From Phycisphaerales bacterium (lineage in GTDB: Bacteria; Planctomycetota; Phycisphaerae; WQYP01), in assembly GCA_027451365.1 (NCBI GenBank), contig DAIDJN010000037.1, positions 1 through 36,480 on the forward strand: a DNA stretch of 36,480 bases, read 5' to 3'. This document shows positions 1 through 9,716 of this stretch, piece after piece. Below the pieces are notes generated by a model that saw only the letters and a program-made list of their open reading frames with translations, was not told where the DNA came from and did no database searches. The position numbers and the translations under genes are program-made. Position 1 is the first letter of the stretch. Each line of letters opens with the position of its first letter.

Positions 1-298
1 TCCCAGCCAATTCCTTACGCAAGGCGATATTCTCCGCTTCAAGCTTATTCAGCCGCTGCTGCTGGCGGTCGATCTTCTGATAGGCCTGATAGACCTCCGG
101 CCGAATAACCCGCAGTTCGCCTTCCAAGTCGTAACACCGCCCACGGTAATGGCTCAATTCCTCCTTGCGTTTGTCATATTGCTTGAGAAAATAATTAAAT
201 CGCTTGGTCAGATTACGGTATTGCGCCATGCTGAGGGTCTGATTTGCGACCGCGTTTGCGACCAGTTGTTTGCGATGTTTTTGAACTTCACCATCCAT
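1..298 (-). CDS. 5' part of a probable IS66-family (ISBst12-like) transposase, running off the window edge
   Basis: Not in the ORF track. Manual translation from ATG at 298 is open to base 1: MDGEVQKHRKQ...KIDRQQQRLNKLEAENIALRKELAG. This coiled-coil pattern is typical of IS66 transposase N-termini, and it sits just inside an IS66-like terminus. No catalytic domain is visible. Confidence 0.6.
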   Translation of the reverse strand, partial: MDGEVQKHRKQLVANAVANQTLSMAQYRNLTKRFNYFLKQYDKRKEELSHYRGRCYDLEGELRVIRPEVYQAYQKIDRQQQRLNKLEAENIALRKELAG

Positions 299-381
299 GG
301 TGAAGTCAAGCATAACACCAATTACCCGAGCGCGCCAGCGTCGTTATTGTGAATATTTGCCGCAGAGCGGTAAACAGTTAC
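1..381 (-). mobile_element. Left end of a probable IS66-family insertion sequence
   Basis: The minus strand from 381 reads GTAACTGTTTACCG, matching the GTAA(C/G)-type termini of IS66 elements, 83 nt upstream of the coiled-coil ORF. The other end is outside the window. Confidence 0.55.
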
Positions 382-482
382 CCCAAATTACGCCTCATCG
401 GTTATGCGGTCGGATAACTAAATATGGACATTCGGGCTTCATCGCCCCATCGACGCGGCGGATTTCACCCCTTCAGGCCACC

Positions 483-698
483 TCACCCGCTTGGCCTGCC
501 CTCCAATAAATGGCCGAGCGCAAGCAGAGCAATTGCTAGATAAATCAGCCACATCAGCCGCATCGGCATCCGAAATTGTGTGCCAGATCTGACGCGGCCC
601 ATAAAAGAAAGGACGATCGTGACGAGCATAACCGCCCCGGCCAGCACCACGCTGGCATAGCCAGCCACGATAATGAGCCTAGCCCAGAACTCCTGCAT
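483..698 (-). CDS. Small two-TM membrane protein, candidate Rhs immunity protein
   Basis: ATG at 698 lies 2 nt after the Rhs stop, with GAGGG upstream. Two hydrophobic segments: LIIVAGYASVVLAGAVMLVTIVLSF and LMWLIYLAIALLALG. Confidence 0.55.
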   Translation of the reverse strand: MQEFWARLIIVAGYASVVLAGAVMLVTIVLSFMGRVRSGTQFRMPMRLMWLIYLAIALLALGHLLEGRPSG

Positions 699-700
699 TT

Positions 701-1855
701 CTAGCCCTCGCAAGCAGTAATTGTAAATCCGCCGCCAACAGATATGCCAGTGCCCTGCCCGACCCCCATCCCCGCCTCAATGCGCGGCCGCAGGCCGGGC
801 GAACCGAGGCAGCCACGTACCCCGAACGTCCAGGACCAAAATCCGACAGACGCTGTCGCACAGACCTCGCCTTGGATTCCCTCATTGGGGCACCCCCATT
901 CGAGCCCATGCCGGAAGGGGACGCGGAGCCATTTTGCGGGCAAATGACGTTTTCTTATCTGCTGGAGACTTATGGGGGACCGCCAACTCGAGGGCGGTGG
1001 ATTCCAGCCGAACCGAATACTCCCCAGCTCGTAAATCCCTCCGCTAGCGGTTATATCCGCTATTGCGCAGATTTTTTTCCTACCATGTTCGCAACACCGT
1101 TTCACGTCAACGCTCCCGCAAACCGTTATTGCAACCACAGTGCTCGGAATGGGGCTAGGAAATATAAAGTTAAAGCAGGCCTTCGTCCCAAAGAATCCCA
1201 AATTCAGAATATCTCTCAGGTAGCCTAACATTGTACCCACAGCTCCCGTACCGGGCGCGTCGAGAGCTATGGCAGGCCGCCCCCCCAAATACTCATACAA
1301 ATTGATCCCGCCATCATATCCAATCGGATCACGTTGAATCCAGCGGCCAAGGACGGGGTTATAGATTCGATTGCGGACATAATAAAGCTGCGATTCCGGA
1401 TCAAATCGATAGCCGCAATAGATTATTTCATTGGCACCGTAATCGGACTGCGCATCATCATCGGTAAACCAAATGCCATCCGCACCCGGCGCGGTGAAAA
1501 TCAAGGTATTGCCGTAGGCATCGGTGTCATACGCCTCCACAACCTGCCCGCCAGAATTGGTCAGCGCCACCGCGCGGTACAGCAAATCCTGCAATAAATA
1601 ATACGCCCCGACAGGCACTGGTTGTGGCCCGGCGGCCACCAGCAGGTTCGACTGGATGCATTCGTCAATATATGTTTCCCAGATATATTGCCGAACCGGC
1701 GTATCCGTGCTGCCGCTGCCCCGGCGGCCGCAACTAACACTCTGTGCACTCGGTGATCTCTGTGGCTCGTCCGTTCCGCCGACCCCATACGCATATTGCC
1801 CGCCCGGCCACGGGGGACCAATCGCGTTTTCTATGCTATCCGCATTCATGACCAT
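701..1855 (-). CDS. Orphan (5'-truncated) Rhs repeat-associated core with variable C-terminal tip
   Basis: Rhs core motifs EAYDTDAYG, YCGYRFDPESQLYYVRNRIYNPVLGRWIQRDPIGYDGGINLYEY and PAIALDAPG (PxxxxDxxG boundary), followed by about 180 aa of unrelated sequence. The long YD-repeat region is absent and the start codon is uncertain. Confidence 0.88.
   Translation of the reverse strand: MVMNADSIENAIGPPWPGGQYAYGVGGTDEPQRSPSAQSVSCGRRGSGSTDTPVRQYIWETYIDECIQSNLLVAAGPQPVPVGAYYLLQDLLYRAVALTNSGGQVVEAYDTDAYGNTLIFTAPGADGIWFTDDDAQSDYGANEIIYCGYRFDPESQLYYVRNRIYNPVLGRWIQRDPIGYDGGINLYEYLGGRPAIALDAPGTGAVGTMLGYLRDILNLGFFGTKACFNFIFPSPIPSTVVAITVCGSVDVKRCCEHGRKKICAIADITASGGIYELGSIRFGWNPPPSSWRSPISLQQIRKRHLPAKWLRVPFRHGLEWGCPNEGIQGEVCATASVGFWSWTFGVRGCLGSPGLRPRIEAGMGVGQGTGISVGGGFTITACEG
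1740..1766 (+). repeat. Three tandem 9-mers (CTCTGTGCA CTCGGTGAT CTCTGTGGC)
   Basis: Read directly from the sequence; lies just 5' of where Rhs similarity begins. Confidence 0.6.
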
Positions 1856-2106
1856 TTTACGGCCCCGTTTGAACCAAAATCATCAAAACCGCGAACCCGG
1901 CATACCCATTTGCAATGTCCTGTTTATACCCCTCCAACATCCCCAACACAAGAAAAAAAAGCGAATCGCTCGCCGCCCATACGGAAGAAAAAATGGAAAT
2001 GCAGCATCCAGTGTTCAAGTGAAGCGGTTTATTCAAGGCGGACGATGCATTGCCGGTTCGTTAAAGGTCCCCATTGCGACCAGTTTGTTGCGCCCGCCGC
2101 GAAATC

Positions 2107-2191
2107 TTTAAGTGACGCATCGCATCGCGTCTCCTAAAGTAAGGCGCGGCCGCCATTTTCTTAATTCCGTCCCGGGCGGCGGTCTCGTTAA
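2107..2191 (+). repeat. Degenerate copy of the GTCTCATTAA/hairpin array
   Basis: TTTAA-GTGACGCATCGCATCGC-GTCTCCTAAA-GTAAGGCGCGGCCGCC-ATTTTCTTAA-17 nt-GTCTCGTTAA aligns unit by unit with 19314-19398. Confidence 0.7.
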
Positions 2192-2445
2192 ACCGAAGCT
2201 TCGCCCCCCGCCACAGATTGCCACAGATTGGCCTCTGGAATTCCCCCGATATGCGCGGCGAAGCTTGCCCTCCTTATATCGCCGGGGGCGACCGATTACC
2301 GGTGATTGCTTTTACACAAAGCGTCGTAGAACGCCGAACGGCCAATTCCAGCCTGCCCTTACCCGCCGCAACTCTCGGCGCAAACCGGTCAAGGCGTTAA
2401 ACTGACCACCGACCAATGGTCGCGTTTTTTGGAGCATCTGGATTC

Positions 2446-3171
2446 ATGCAACAGCGTGCGGTGGTTTTGTTGAGCGGCGGATTGGACTCCGCCACGGTAC
2501 TCGCCTGGGCCAAAAGCCGGAATTTCGCCGTCTATGCCCTCAGCTTTGACTACGGCCAGCGGCACCGGGTGGAACTCGCCGCCGCCCACGCCCTGGCCAA
2601 TGCCGCGGGTGTGGAACGCCACGTCACGTTGAAACTGGACCTTCGGCAATTCGGGGGATCAGCACTTACTGATCAAATTCCGGTTCCCAAAGACCGGGAT
2701 ATGGAATCTGTTGGCGGCAACCCCGCGTCCAACGCGATTCCCATTACTTATGTGCCGGCCCGCAATACTGTTTTTCTTTCCTGCGCGTTAGCCTGGGCGG
2801 AAGTGCTGGAAAGTTTCAACATTTGCATCGGTGTTAACGCGGTGGACTATTCCGGCTATCCGGATTGCCGCCCCGAATATATTGCGGCTTTTGAACGGAC
2901 TGCAAATCTGGCAACCCGCGCCGGCGTTCAAGGCTCTGGAACCTTCACCATTCATACACCGTTGATTCAACTTTCCAAGATGGAAATCATCAGGCTTGGA
3001 CTGTCGCTTGGCGTGGACTATGCGCAAACTGTCTCCTGTTATGACCCCACCCCGGAATCGATTGCCTGCGGCCATTGCGACGCATGTTATTTGCGGCTGG
3101 CCGCATTTGCCCGGCTTGGCATAAAAGATCCCGTCACATACGTCAGTCGGCCGGATGGCGAGCGGCCATGA
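2446..3171 (+). CDS. queC: 7-cyano-7-deazaguanine synthase
   Basis: [32 protein letters not shown] and Zn motif SCY...CGHCDAC. GGAG lies upstream of ATG 2446. Confidence 0.97.
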   Translation: MQQRAVVLLSGGLDSATVLAWAKSRNFAVYALSFDYGQRHRVELAAAHALANAAGVERHVTLKLDLRQFGGSALTDQIPVPKDRDMESVGGNPASNAIPITYVPARNTVFLSCALAWAEVLESFNICIGVNAVDYSGYPDCRPEYIAAFERTANLATRAGVQGSGTFTIHTPLIQLSKMEIIRLGLSLGVDYAQTVSCYDPTPESIACGHCDACYLRLAAFARLGIKDPVTYVSRPDGERP

Positions 3172-3863
3172 AAATTTCGGAAATATTTTATTCCATTCAG
3201 GGGGAAGGAAAGCTGGCCGGCACGCCGTCCGTGTTCATTCGGACCAGCGGCTGCAACTTGCGCTGCACCTGGTGCGATACGCCATACGCATCCTGGAATC
3301 CGACCGGCGGGGATATGACGATTAATCAGATTCTGGAGTCCGTTAAACCGCATCCCACGCGGCATGTGGTCATTACCGGCGGCGAACCGATGATTCAGAC
3401 CGACCTGCCCGCACTGGTTGACCGCCTGACCGTACTGGACCGTCTGGTTACCTTGGAAACCGCTGGAACGGTCTGGCTGGACCTGCCGCTGCACCTGGCC
3501 AGCGTAAGCCCGAAACTTGCCAATTCCAGCCCCATCGGCCGTGAGGGTGGCCGTTTTGCGGCCGCACACGACCGCCAGCGGCTGGTACCGGAAATTCTTA
3601 AGCGCTGGGGTCAAAGCCGTCGAATTACGGATATTCAATGGAAATTCGTGGTCGCCCAGCCGGAAGATGTAAATGAAATCCAACAGATACTCCACAGTAT
3701 CGGAAATGTTCGGCCTGAAGATGTCATACTGATGCCGGAAGGAATCACCGCTGCGGACCTGACAAATCGCAGCGGATGGATCGCAGAAATCTGCAAGCAG
3801 TTCGGCTGGCGTTTTGGCCCACGTTTGCATGTGCTGCTGTATGGCAATACGCGCGGAACCTAA
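3168..3863 (+). CDS. queE: 7-carboxy-7-deazaguanine synthase (radical SAM)
   Basis: [26 protein letters not shown] (CX3CX2C), ITGGEP and PRLH. ATGA overlap with queC. Confidence 0.95.
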   Translation: MKISEIFYSIQGEGKLAGTPSVFIRTSGCNLRCTWCDTPYASWNPTGGDMTINQILESVKPHPTRHVVITGGEPMIQTDLPALVDRLTVLDRLVTLETAGTVWLDLPLHLASVSPKLANSSPIGREGGRFAAAHDRQRLVPEILKRWGQSRRITDIQWKFVVAQPEDVNEIQQILHSIGNVRPEDVILMPEGITAADLTNRSGWIAEICKQFGWRFGPRLHVLLYGNTRGT

Positions 3864-3988
3864 TTTCCGCTAAAGAACCGAAGGCCGAACTGTTTTGTTT
3901 GTCGCCTTGCAACGGCCATATTATAACCGCAGACATTCGACTGGCCCGAACTTCCATTGAAAGAAAAAAAGGACGATTCGGCTGATGA

Positions 3989-4393
3989 AAAACAACAGGT
4001 CCTGGCTTCGCTCAAATTTATTCGCCAATAGCCCATGTTATAAGAATTCGCGCCGCTACCGCGGCGCAGACAGAGCTGGACCAGGTATCTCTGGCAATGT
4101 CGGCATACCGCGTCAGCCACGGTCGTTACCCGAATTCGCTGGCAGTGCTGGTCGGGCATTTTTTGCCGGTTCTGCCGGCAAACCCGTGTGCGGGCAAACC
4201 GTTGACCTATGCCCTGGGCACCACCCGCTGCCGCGTGTTGTCCATTGGATATTTCGCAACTATTAATAAGTATCAGCCGCCAGCGAACTTTATGCGATTT
4301 GGCACAATTAATTACACTTCGTTTTCCGCCCGGTCTCTATTCCTGGCCAAAGGGGATCACAAGGCCGGAAAAATAAATTCTCCAATGCGGTAA
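3989..4393 (+). pseudogene. Fragment of a hypothetical protein with a GspG/pseudopilin-like C-terminal motif
   Basis: Frame reads ...AAQTELDQVSLAMSAYRVSHGRYPNSLAVLVGHFLPVLPANPCAGKPLTY, similar to 'AY...G.YP.SL..L...P.DP..G.P..Y'. The motif begins upstream of the first ATG, and the frame is closed by TGA at 3986. Confidence 0.5.
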
Positions 4394-4541
4394 ATGAAAG
4401 GTCATTTGGCACCTGCGGCCGCACGTTTCCCGATTCCCGACCAACAAGGACCATGAAATATGCGAAGATGGCGTAACCGACGTATACTATATTCCGTTGA
4501 ATTTAGGGCTACCGCCCGTGCCCATTTGGAGAATTTAAGGT

Positions 4542-4928
4542 ATGGCACAGTCCAGAAAATCAGCCCATAAAGACAGCCCTGCTCTACAGCTTGAAACATT
4601 TGCCAATCCCCACCCCCACCGTGATTATGAAATTGAGCATGTCGCTCCGGAATTCACCTCTGTATGCCCCAAAACCGGTCAGCCTGATTTCGGCGTAATT
4701 CGACTTCTTTACACGCCTGATCGATTCTGCGTCGAACTTAAATCTTATAAGTATTACCTTCAAAGCTTCCGCAACCGCGGCATTTTTTACGAAGATGTCA
4801 CAAACGTCATCATGGACGATCTGTTAAACGCTCTTCGGCCACGGAAAATCATGGTCATAAGCGAATGGACGCCGCGGGGCGGTCTGCGGTCAATCGTGCG
4901 CTGCCAATTTGTAAAACCCGGCGATTAG
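4542..4928 (+). CDS. queF: NADPH-dependent preQ0 reductase (short unimodular type)
   Basis: PEFTSVCPKTGQPDF, QueF motif VELKSYKYYL, and TPRGG. Confidence 0.95.
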   Translation: MAQSRKSAHKDSPALQLETFANPHPHRDYEIEHVAPEFTSVCPKTGQPDFGVIRLLYTPDRFCVELKSYKYYLQSFRNRGIFYEDVTNVIMDDLLNALRPRKIMVISEWTPRGGLRSIVRCQFVKPGD

Positions 4929-5058
4929 GCGGTTGAATTGAACCCCAACCTGCGGACGGCCGCTTGGCCGCGTGCGGAATCTGATCGAAGACCGGCTGTC
5001 GGCTTACCGTGGTGCCGCTACTTGCATACAGTAGTAACCAACAGAACAGGAAATAAAC

Positions 5059-7428
5059 ATGGCAATGCCCCAACAATTCTCATGGCGACCTTTGGGCGTG
5101 GCGATTGGACTGCTGGCTTTGGTGCATGCGGGCACCGTTCGTGCGGATGTTTCCAGCCAGCAGGTGATTTCGGCCATACGCAAAGGCGTTCATTACCTGC
5201 TCAAGCATCAAAAGCGGCCCAAGCCGTGGGAAGAGGCGGACCTGACCATTGAGGGCAACGGCGAAAAGGGCGGCGAAAGCGCCCTGGTGCTCGAGTCGCT
5301 TTTAACTGTCGGCCAAAGCCTGCATATGCGAAATCTGAATATATTCCGGCCACCCATGCGGCGGGCCATTGCGTATGTCGCCAATGTGCGGTCACCAGAT
5401 ACTTATGTCATTTCGCTGCAGGCCAATGCCATGGCCCTGCTTCCGCCCAAAGCGGCATATATAAAGGTGCTGAAAAAAGACCGCTCATTTTTACGCGACA
5501 GCCTGTTTCCGCAGGGTGCCTACGGCTACAGTTGGCGTGCCAATGGTTCCAACAGTCATCGCCACTGGGATAATTCCAATTCGCAATATGGCGTACTGGG
5601 AATGTGGGCCGTCGCACACAGTGGTTTGTTGGTTCAGACAAGTTACTGGCACCGCGTCCGCCGCCATTGGGAATCGTGCCAGTACGCCTCGGGTTCCTGG
5701 GGCTACTGGCAGCACCTGCACGCCCCGGCACCGGATGTCGACTCCAGCCGGCCGCATGCGATGACTTCCGCCGGCCTGGCCAGCCTTTTTATTTGTGACG
5801 AGTTTCTGCAAAGCGGTGGCGGCGCCGCCTTGTCGCCGGACCCGGCCATTGTCCGCGGACTGGGCTGGATAAACCGCCACTTTAATTCGACAACTGGAAA
5901 TATGTACACTCTTTATGGTTATGTGCGAACAGGCCTTGCCTGCGGGCTTCAGAATTTTCGCGACCAGAACTGGTATCAGAAAATCGCCGCGGATGTGCTG
6001 GCCAATCAGCACTCCAATGGAAGCTGGTCATCGGATATTCACCATCCGCGAATCGACAGCCGCATTGTCGGAACCGCCTACGCCCTGCTGATTCTTGCCC
6101 GCGGGCTTAATCCGGTGGTTTTCAATAAACTGGATTACGGCACCCGGTATTACGGCCAGTGGAATGCCTATCCGCGCGATGACGCCAACGTCACATCCTG
6201 GATGACCCGCAATTTTGAAACACCTCTGAACTGGCAGGTTGTCAGCTTGCGGTCGCCGGTCCGGGCGTGGCTGGATTCGCCTTTACTGCTTATTACCGGC
6301 CATAAGGATCCTCACTTCACGGCTGGCGACATTGCGAAACTGCGGGCCTATGTGCAAGCTGGAGGAATTGTGTATTGCTCGTGCGATGGCAATTCCACCG
6401 CTTTCCGTCAGGCCATGATTGCCTGTGGCAAACAGGTCGCCGGTCCACAATATCCAGTCCGCCCGCTTGTACAAACCAGCGCAATTTATACCATGCAGCC
6501 ATGGTACAAATTTCAACATTCGCCCGGCCTCGTGGGAATTTCCAATGGCCTGCGATATGAATGGATCATCAGCCCGAAAGACACGAGTGCCGTCTGGCAG
6601 CAACGAAATTTTGCCCGCAAAGACTCCTGGGAACTGGCGGCCAATCTTTATTTCTACGCTACTGGAAAAGCCCCCCTTGCGGACAAACTGCAATCTCTTG
6701 CTGTTACGCCGAAGCTTGCGGCGATTACCCGCCAACTTTCAGTCGCGGCGGTTCAATACGCCGGAAACTGGAACCCCGAACCGGGTTCATGGCACCGAAT
6801 GGCTCAGCTTATGCCCATGCTTTCAGATATTCAGGTTGTTGCCGGCATACAGAAGATGTCGCAACTTAATCCCGCCAAATTCCCGTTGGCGCACCTCACT
6901 GGGGTTGGCGATATTCATTTTTCACATGCGCAGCGTTCTGCTCTTCTACGCTACCTTGACCATGGGGGTACCCTTCTGGCCGATTCTGGCGGCGGAAAAA
7001 CAGCGTTTACCAATTCATTTGAACGCATGATGGACCATCTGTTCCCCCACGCTCAGTTGGTGCAGATTCGCCGTCACAGCGTGCTGTACACCGGTACAAT
7101 TCCCGGCGGTGCCCGCGCCCGACCATTGATTTATCGCAAATTCACAATAGAAAAGCATGACAAACCGTCCGGTCGCCCTCTATGGGGAATCAGGCGGGAC
7201 GGGCGATGGGTTGTGATTTTTTCGCCACTGGATCTGACCAGCGGCCTGCTTGGAACCAATACCTGGGGCATCAACGGCTTTTCTCCGGCCACCGCGCAGG
7301 CTTTAGCCCGCAATATTCTGGCTTATGTGGCTCAGCGAGCGGCAAAACCGGTTCAGGCCACCACCAAGCCGAAACCCAAGGCTTCGCCAACAAGCTCCAG
7401 AAGCGGTCATAAAGGGCCGGGAATTTAG
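5059..7428 (+). CDS. Exported protein with prenyltransferase/squalene-cyclase-like repeats and two DUF4159-like domains
   Basis: Signal peptide, QW-like repeats (DNSNSQYGVLGMW, QYASGSWGY, QHSNGSW), and duplicated P.L..TG...F...LR.Y...GG...D domain ends. Confidence 0.75.
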   Translation: MAMPQQFSWRPLGVAIGLLALVHAGTVRADVSSQQVISAIRKGVHYLLKHQKRPKPWEEADLTIEGNGEKGGESALVLESLLTVGQSLHMRNLNIFRPPMRRAIAYVANVRSPDTYVISLQANAMALLPPKAAYIKVLKKDRSFLRDSLFPQGAYGYSWRANGSNSHRHWDNSNSQYGVLGMWAVAHSGLLVQTSYWHRVRRHWESCQYASGSWGYWQHLHAPAPDVDSSRPHAMTSAGLASLFICDEFLQSGGGAALSPDPAIVRGLGWINRHFNSTTGNMYTLYGYVRTGLACGLQNFRDQNWYQKIAADVLANQHSNGSWSSDIHHPRIDSRIVGTAYALLILARGLNPVVFNKLDYGTRYYGQWNAYPRDDANVTSWMTRNFETPLNWQVVSLRSPVRAWLDSPLLLITGHKDPHFTAGDIAKLRAYVQAGGIVYCSCDGNSTAFRQAMIACGKQVAGPQYPVRPLVQTSAIYTMQPWYKFQHSPGLVGISNGLRYEWIISPKDTSAVWQQRNFARKDSWELAANLYFYATGKAPLADKLQSLAVTPKLAAITRQLSVAAVQYAGNWNPEPGSWHRMAQLMPMLSDIQVVAGIQKMSQLNPAKFPLAHLTGVGDIHFSHAQRSALLRYLDHGGTLLADSGGGKTAFTNSFERMMDHLFPHAQLVQIRRHSVLYTGTIPGGARARPLIYRKFTIEKHDKPSGRPLWGIRRDGRWVVIFSPLDLTSGLLGTNTWGINGFSPATAQALARNILAYVAQRAAKPVQATTKPKPKASPTSSRSGHKGPGI

Positions 7429-7608
7429 ACAATCAGCCGGCAATAATCCGATTCGTGTAAGGACCACCCAAAGTTCAAGACCAATACAATAGCGATGCCG
7501 AATTTAGTCGGCCACGGCATGAACTGCGAGCCAATCAGGCGGTTTCAGGCTGGTGTCGAACTGTGGCGCGCTATTATATCTTGTGTTGTAATTTTGCGGA
7601 GATGGCTT

Positions 7609-9690
7609 ATGACAACTGACCCGTTTTCTTCCCGTCGGGGCGCTGACAAAACCGCGGAACGTAAAAATCGCGGTTTCTGGCTTTTTACCGCAACTCTGGT
7701 CATTTCCGGACTTTTAATATGGGGCATGGCCACGTGGCGCGGCCAAGGCAGTCCATTCTCCAGCAGAGCGTTAGGACAAACCACCGGGGCGTCCGAAAAG
7801 GCGCCTGATTTTCCAGCTGATTTTACCTGGATCAACACGCCAGTTCCCCTGAGTTTCAAATATCAACTCAAGGGGCAGGTAGTGCTGCTGGACTTCTGGA
7901 CCTATGGCTGCATCAACTGCATTCACATTATTCCGGAACTCGCTCGGCTGCAAAAACATTTTGCGGGTCGGCCGTTTATCATTATTGGCGTTCACAGTGC
8001 GAAATTTGCCAACGAAGGTCTGGCGGAAAATGTTCGCCAGGCGGTATTGCGATACAAAATTGATCATCCGGTTGTGGTGGACCAGAATATGCGAATATGG
8101 AACGACTACGGTGTTGATTCCTGGCCGACACTGGTGCTCGTGGGTGCAAACCGGAAAATTGTCGGGTCGGTTTCCGGAGAAGGGAACTACAGTCTTCTCA
8201 AACAATCCATTGCACACACCTTGGCAGCCGACAAAGCGAATGGCTCGCTGGCGGCGCAACCGCTGGTGCTGCCAAAGCAGAAAACAATGAAGTTTGCCAG
8301 TGGTCTGCTGTTTCCCGGAAAAGTTCTGGCAGACCACGCCAATGGACGCATTTTCATCGCTGATACGGACCACAACCGAATCGTCGCCGCCTCCTGGCCG
8401 AATGCCGAGGGCCGGTCTAAACTGCTGGCCGTTTATGGCAACGGCCGGCGTGGAACCCGAAATGGCCCGGCCGCCAAGGCTGAATTCAGCAGTCCCCAGG
8501 GACTGGCGATGGAGGGGCAAACACTTTATGTGGCCGACACCAACAACCATCTGATTCGCGCTATCAACTTAAACACCGGTCAGGTGAAAACGGTGCTGGG
8601 TACAGGTCACGAAGTATTTGATTTTACCGGCGGTGGTATCGGAAGAAATCAGGGAATCAATTCGCCCTGGGATTTGGCCATTGGCGGAAAATGGCTTTAC
8701 ATAGCCATGGCCGGCGAACACCAAATCTGGCGGATGAATATTAAGACGCATCAGGCCGCGGCGTTCGCCGGTTCCGGTGCGGAAGGCCTGCGAAACGGTT
8801 CGCTTTCCGATGCATCGCTCGCCCAACCTTCCGGACTGGCTCTGGCGGGCGACACGCTTTATTTTGCCGATTCGGAAAATAGTGCGGTTCGGGGAGTGAA
8901 TCTTGCGGCAAAACGGGTGTTCACGCTGGTTGGGCGCGGCCTTTTTGATTTTGGCGACCAGGATGGTCCGGCTGCCACCGCACTTTTGCAGCACGACCTT
9001 GGTGTGGCGTTATTGGGAAAAAATATTCTGGTAGCGGACACCTACAATGACAAATTGCGGCTGATCAGCACCGCATCCAAACAAGTGACAACATTTGCGG
9101 GAAATGGAAAGCCCGGAACCGGCACACCGGGCGGTCCGTTGCAGCTTTATGAACCAGGCGGACTATCTGTCTGGCATCATACTATTTTCGTGGCGGACAC
9201 CGATAACCAACGAATTGTCATGATCAATGCGTTATCCGGGCAATGGCACGAAGTCATGATTTCCGGCCTCCATATTCCGGCGGCGGCCGCATCGGCAATT
9301 GTCCAAGCGCATCTGCCCGCGGCCACCGACCTTTCCGCCGTTCTGCGGCCGGATGCTCGAATTTCAATTTCTGCGGACGTGGTTTTACCCGCCGACACCC
9401 ACTTGACCCCCGGCGTGCCGGTTTCGATACGTATTACCGACGGCAGCCGCACGGTAGCCCAGCAGACCATCGGCGCCCAAGCCTTACCGCTAGTGTTTCG
9501 CCTCCAGACAGGCAAATCATCACCGTTTCTCGCGGGCGGCAAAGCGCAATGGCACGTGGAAGTTTATTATGCCTATTGCACCAATTCCCAAAATGGAGTC
9601 TGTATGCCCGCCCAGGCGGCTTGGAATGTCAATGTAACGTTTGCACCAACCGGCCGAACGGAGTTAAAACTGATGCCGATGAAAAATTAA
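7609..9690 (+). CDS. Membrane-anchored thioredoxin-like + NHL-repeat protein (NHLRC2/SOQ1-like)
   Basis: LLDFWTYGCINCIH, IIGVHSAKF, repeated (Y/F)(V/I)ADT.N..I NHL blades and an N-terminal TM segment. GGAG precedes ATG 7609; the ORF track starts at 7495. Confidence 0.88.
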   Translation: MTTDPFSSRRGADKTAERKNRGFWLFTATLVISGLLIWGMATWRGQGSPFSSRALGQTTGASEKAPDFPADFTWINTPVPLSFKYQLKGQVVLLDFWTYGCINCIHIIPELARLQKHFAGRPFIIIGVHSAKFANEGLAENVRQAVLRYKIDHPVVVDQNMRIWNDYGVDSWPTLVLVGANRKIVGSVSGEGNYSLLKQSIAHTLAADKANGSLAAQPLVLPKQKTMKFASGLLFPGKVLADHANGRIFIADTDHNRIVAASWPNAEGRSKLLAVYGNGRRGTRNGPAAKAEFSSPQGLAMEGQTLYVADTNNHLIRAINLNTGQVKTVLGTGHEVFDFTGGGIGRNQGINSPWDLAIGGKWLYIAMAGEHQIWRMNIKTHQAAAFAGSGAEGLRNGSLSDASLAQPSGLALAGDTLYFADSENSAVRGVNLAAKRVFTLVGRGLFDFGDQDGPAATALLQHDLGVALLGKNILVADTYNDKLRLISTASKQVTTFAGNGKPGTGTPGGPLQLYEPGGLSVWHHTIFVADTDNQRIVMINALSGQWHEVMISGLHIPAAAASAIVQAHLPAATDLSAVLRPDARISISADVVLPADTHLTPGVPVSIRITDGSRTVAQQTIGAQALPLVFRLQTGKSSPFLAGGKAQWHVEVYYAYCTNSQNGVCMPAQAAWNVNVTFAPTGRTELKLMPMKN

Positions 9691-9716
9691 TCGATCCTTA
9701 GCTACCTCATCGGCGG

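Noticed and set aside
1856..2106. Possible upstream immunity or membrane gene remnant and A8 tract
   Set aside because: Only short hydrophobic fragments in different frames; not enough to call a gene or phase variation.
2200..2445. preQ1 riboswitch upstream of queC
   Set aside because: No recognisable preQ1 stem with a 3' A-rich tail.
2416..4928. Dpd-type 7-deazaguanine DNA modification system
   Set aside because: No dpdA/tgtA5 or other dpd genes, and queF points to ordinary tRNA queuosine synthesis.
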